DNA of 64,000 nt from Negaprion brevirostris. Its lineage: Eukaryota. Below the pieces are notes generated by a model, which worked only from the letters and a program-made list of their open reading frames with translations, was not told where the DNA came from and searched no databases. Shown here in pieces: positions 60,388 to 64,000 of the stretch. Each line of letters starts with the position of its first letter. Position 1 is the first letter of the stretch. The stretch is from contig JARDVH010000163.1 of assembly GCA_030324005.1 (NCBI GenBank), positions 45,884,109 to 45,948,108 of the forward strand, in the 5' to 3' direction. The translations under genes were made by a program, and so were the position numbers.

Positions 60388-60708
60388 GTCAAATGGTGTG
60401 GATGGAAAATATACAATGCATGTTGTATCTGTGCTCTCCTCTGCTGCGTAGCTTGCATGAGCTTGAAGAAAGGCACTTGCACATTTCCGATATCGCCTCT
60501 CATGATGTGACCAGAGACCTTATTCTTCTGAATCAGCAGAGACTTGCTGAGATGGAATTATCCAATCAGCTTGAAAGAAAGAAAGAAGAACTGAGAATCT
60601 TGTCCAAGCATTTAGAGGAAGAAAAGAAGAAAACAGAAGCATTGCTCTATGCAATGCTACCAAAACATGTGGCAAACCAGCTCAAAGAAGGCAAAAAAGT
60701 TGAGGCAG
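60388..60708 (+). CDS. gucy1b2: gucy1b2 exon 10 (GQMVWMENIQCMLYLCSP...HDVTRDLILLNQQRLAEMELSNQLERKKEEL...LLYAMLPKHVANQLKEGKKVEA)
   Basis: cctccag| acceptor and |gtgaat donor; 321 nt. Encodes the PAS end and coiled coil. RDLILLNQQRLAE and MLPKHVANQL are beta-2 type. The cyclase domain must follow outside the window. Confidence 0.97.
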
Positions 60709-61519
60709 GTGAATGGGTTTGAAATAGTTTATTTTAGTATTATATAAATACACTGACTATGGAGGTTTGATTCATTGCCAGTTAAAACTCAAAAATGAAA
60801 ATTGGATAATGAAATATTGATAAATGTTACAGTATATTTCCAGGCTTTCATTCTTTGGAAGGCATTACCATTGTTACTTGGGCATTAACTGTTCTGTACA
60901 ACCAATATTCAGTCACTGAAGTTCAGCTACGATTTCAGTACTGTTTTCCTTTAATGGCCCTTTCACACTTCAAGAAACTAGGAGTAAATCACTCCAGTGT
61001 TCATTGAAGTTAGAAAATGTGATGAATTCCAACTTCTTCTAACCCCATCTTGCTTCCTGATTCAAAAGCCCATGAATCCTGTTGATTTGATTGCATGATG
61101 ACATGGCAATGTAAGTGGTTGTTTAAGAAAGCTTGCAAGAAATTTAAAATGATCATTTGTGATATCCTACAGAGTGATGACCAGTTCTGAAATCTTGTTC
61201 TGTCAATTGAAATATTTTCCTTGCAGGCAAAGTTACACATGGAATTGTCCTTTACAGATAGCAATTTAACTTGATGCAATCCGTGACCTGGGTATAAGTT
61301 CCACAAGTTCAAATGCTAGGGCTTCCACTGTTCGGTCAGCAGTTGAAGCAATCTAAAATTGCTACAGTATTTACATGCCATCTTTGGATGCAGAAACCAC
61401 TTAACAGCCACCGTGAAGGTGAAGATGGTATGCAAATGCTAGATACAACAGAGAGGCTGCTTTATATGCTCATTGGCGTCAGCTATTTACGACCTATATT
61501 AATTACTTAGACTAAGAGA

Positions 61520-62430
61520 CAGAGAATAATACATTTAAGTTTGTTGACAATACGAAGCTAGGTGGGAATTTAAGCTCTGAGGAGGACATAAATAAGTTGC
61601 AGAGCTTTACAAGAAAATTCAAGTTAAGTGGCTGGACAATAAGATGCTTATGGAATATAATATAGAGGAGTGTGAGGTTTTTCACTCTGGTTCATGAAAA
61701 TAGAAAAGCAGAATATGTTTTAAAAGGTGTGAAGACTATCAGTATTGATGTTCAGTGGGATTTCAGTGTGCATGCACAAGGAAAATAGATAGTTATCTGA
61801 AGGTACAGTAAGCAATTCAGAAGGCAAACGACATGTTGACCTTTATTGCAAGGGAATAGGAATAATGTAGTCTTGCTCCAATTGTATGTGGCTTTGGTGA
61901 GACTTGAAGTACAGTGCACAGTTTTGGTCTCCCTATTTAAGGATGAATTTACTTGCATTGGAGGCAGTACAGTGAAGGTTCACTTGAATGATGCCCGGGA
62001 TAAAAGGGTTTTCCAATGATAAGAGACTGAGCAAATGGAGCCTATACCCAGTAAAGTTGAGAAGAAATTGAGGTGAACTCACTGAACCATACAGGATTCT
62101 GAAGAGAGTTGACAGGGTAGAGACTGAGAGGTTAATAGCCTTGGCTGAGGAATTTGAAACATGGGTCACAGTCTCAGGTTAACAGATTGATCATTTAGTT
62201 CTGAAAATTTAGGAGAATATTTTTTACTCAGAGGCTTGTGAATCTTTGAAATTCTCTATCCCAAAGGATTGTAGATCCAATACCATTGAACATATTTAAG
62301 GTTGAAATAGACTTTTGGCCACTCAAGAGTCATGGGATGTGAGCAGTGGGCAGGAGAGTCATGATCTTAATAAGTAGTGAAACAGGTTCAAAATACTGTA
62401 TGGTTTACTGCTGTTTCTTATGTTCTTATT
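61520..62430 (+). mobile_element. Old CR1 3' fragment
   Basis: KFVDNTKLGG, QFWSPYLR and LEAVQ.RFT..PG remnants; ttcttatgttctta tail. Confidence 0.8.
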
Positions 62431-62465
62431 AATAAAATAAATTTGTTGTTAATTGTATCAATGTA

Positions 62466-62775
62466 GGGTAGCACGGTGGCACAGTGAGGCACTGCTGCCT
62501 CACAGCGCCAGGGACCTGGCTTTGATTCCCAGCTTGGGTCACTGTCTGTGTGGAGTTTGCACATTCTCCCTGTGTCTGTGTGGGTTTTGTCTGGGTGCTT
62601 TGGTTTCCTCCCACAGTTCAAAGGTGTGTGGATTGGCTATGCTAAATTGCCCCTTAGTGTCAGGGGAGTAACAAGGGTAAATGCATGGGGCTATGGGGAT
62701 AGAGCCTGGGTGGAATTGTGGCCAGTGCAAACTTGATGGGCCAAATAGCCTTCTTCTGCACTATAGATTCTATGA
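62466..62775 (+). mobile_element. HE1/V-SINE, full length, CR1-type tail
   Basis: gggtagcacggtggcacagtg head, V-domain, gattctatga tail. Confidence 0.9.
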
Positions 62776-63040
62776 ATACCTCAATTTCTGCAGTATCTTT
62801 TTGCAAATCAGTTAATTTCTTTACCACATCCATTCCATCATAGGCAGCGTTGTTCTACCAATTGAAGGTTTGTGTTAATGTACCATTGACTTTCTTTCCC
62901 TTCTTAGCTGGTAGAAAGTGCCTGTATGCACAACACGCCTTCTCCTTGATAGTATGGTCAGGTTCAGGAAGTCACCACATAGCCACTATGGAGGCAACTA
63001 CCCCGTTCCAATGAAAACAAGATCTTACTTTATTCATACA

Positions 63041-63565
63041 AAGTAAAATACTACAAATGATGGAAATCTGAAATTAAAAAAAAATTGGCTATGCTAAATT
63101 GCCCCTTAGTGTCAGGGGAGTAACAAGGGTAAATGCATGGGGCCATGGGGATAGAGCCCGGGTGGACTTGTGGCCAGTGCAGACTTGATGGAAAAACACA
63201 GCAGGTTAGGCAGCATCTGGGGAGTGAAACAAAGTTAACATTTCAGATTGAGTGACCAGTCATCAGAGTTGAAACGTTGGGGCAATTTTCTGCTCGTGTC
63301 CACCATGACTACAAATGGTGACATGAATGCAAAATTTCATGAAAATCTCATTTTCTCGCCCCACGCTGGTGATGTAATGAAGTTCCTGTATTAAAATTTG
63401 CAGAGTGGAAAATTTTACCCAGTAACTTTCTCTCCACAGATACTCCCTGACCTGCTGAGTTTTACCAGCAATTTTTATTCTTACCTCACACATGACTTGT
63501 CTTTTCTCTTAACAGGTGCTGACTGATCTATGTGTATTTTCTGTAATTTCTGCTTTTATTTCAAG
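63041..63565. mobile_element. PLE family B terminal repeats (minus then plus) with inserted SINE fragment and MITE-like piece
   Basis: The minus copy at 63041-63270 has CTGATGA..GAAA on the - strand. Plus copies lie at about 63420-63490 and 63500-63565. Confidence 0.6.
63084..63191 (+). repeat. 108-bp direct copy of 62632-62739
   Basis: 4 mismatches in 108 nt by manual alignment. Confidence 0.9.
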
Positions 63566-64000
63566 TAACAAGCATTTATACCTTCCATTTCTATTTTATC
63601 AGGACAATAGCGGTGGCTTTGAATTCACCCCACAGCTGTGCTTTCTCTTCTACTTAAAATGTTTATTATTCCCTTAAAAGATGCCCAAGAGAAGTTACAT
63701 CTCTCAATTGCTCTGTTCATGTTGTAAAAGGAGATAAGTTAAAAATAAGCCTATTGTTCACCTTCTACCTAAAGTTGTTGATTTTTGAATGGATCTGTGG
63801 AGAAATGGACAGCTAGTTCTCCTGTCCAAAACAGATATGAACCTTGGTAGGCCATTTAAATTGAGCGCCTACTGTAATTCTGTGTTATTCCACTGGGTGG
63901 AACATGTGAAATCTACTAAAATTGACTGCTAGCTTGCTATCACTAATTAAAAGTTAAATTATCATCACTGATTAAAAGTTAAAATGACCTCTATTGAGAA

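Noticed and set aside
23257-60708. Assignment as gucy1b1 or as an O2-sensing atypical sGC
   Set aside because: MYGFINTCL, YPERLW, RDLILLNQQRLAE and MLPKHVANQL are beta-2 type, and there is no distal-pocket Tyr at the Ile145-equivalent position.
60709-64000. Catalytic-domain exon of gucy1b2 (expected ..TILFSDVV.FT..)
   Set aside because: No such coding sequence found; the region is intron 10 with CR1, SINE and PLE pieces.

Overview
Vertebrate genomic DNA, almost certainly a shark/elasmobranch judging by its repeats: HE1/V-SINE-type tRNA SINEs, CR1/HER1-type LINEs, a DeuSINE and Penelope-like elements (PLEs). It is a draft assembly with many N gaps. The only gene I can support is the 5' part of a soluble guanylate cyclase beta-2 subunit (gucy1b2) on the + strand. 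It has ten exons between 23257 and 60708 that splice in frame without stops (1399 nt, 466 codons + 1 nt). They encode the H-NOX heme domain (His103; Y132-x-S134-x-R136), linker, PAS/H-NOBA domain and coiled coil. The catalytic exons lie beyond the window. Exon 1 carries only the ATG inside a CpG-rich promoter region, and intron 4 has a GC-AG donor. The rest is mostly transposon debris: about 15 V-SINE copies with two different tails, many CR1 fragments, L2 fragments, G-rich-TIR MITE-like elements and a decayed Gypsy pol in intron 5. The most notable non-genic structure is at least three PLE families whose terminal repeats carry minimal type-I hammerhead ribozyme motifs and are repeatedly arranged as inverted, palindromic pairs; one copy (35521-35560, - strand) has an intact catalytic core. 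Exon boundaries were counted by hand. Repeat boundaries are approximate and family names come from recognition, not database search.
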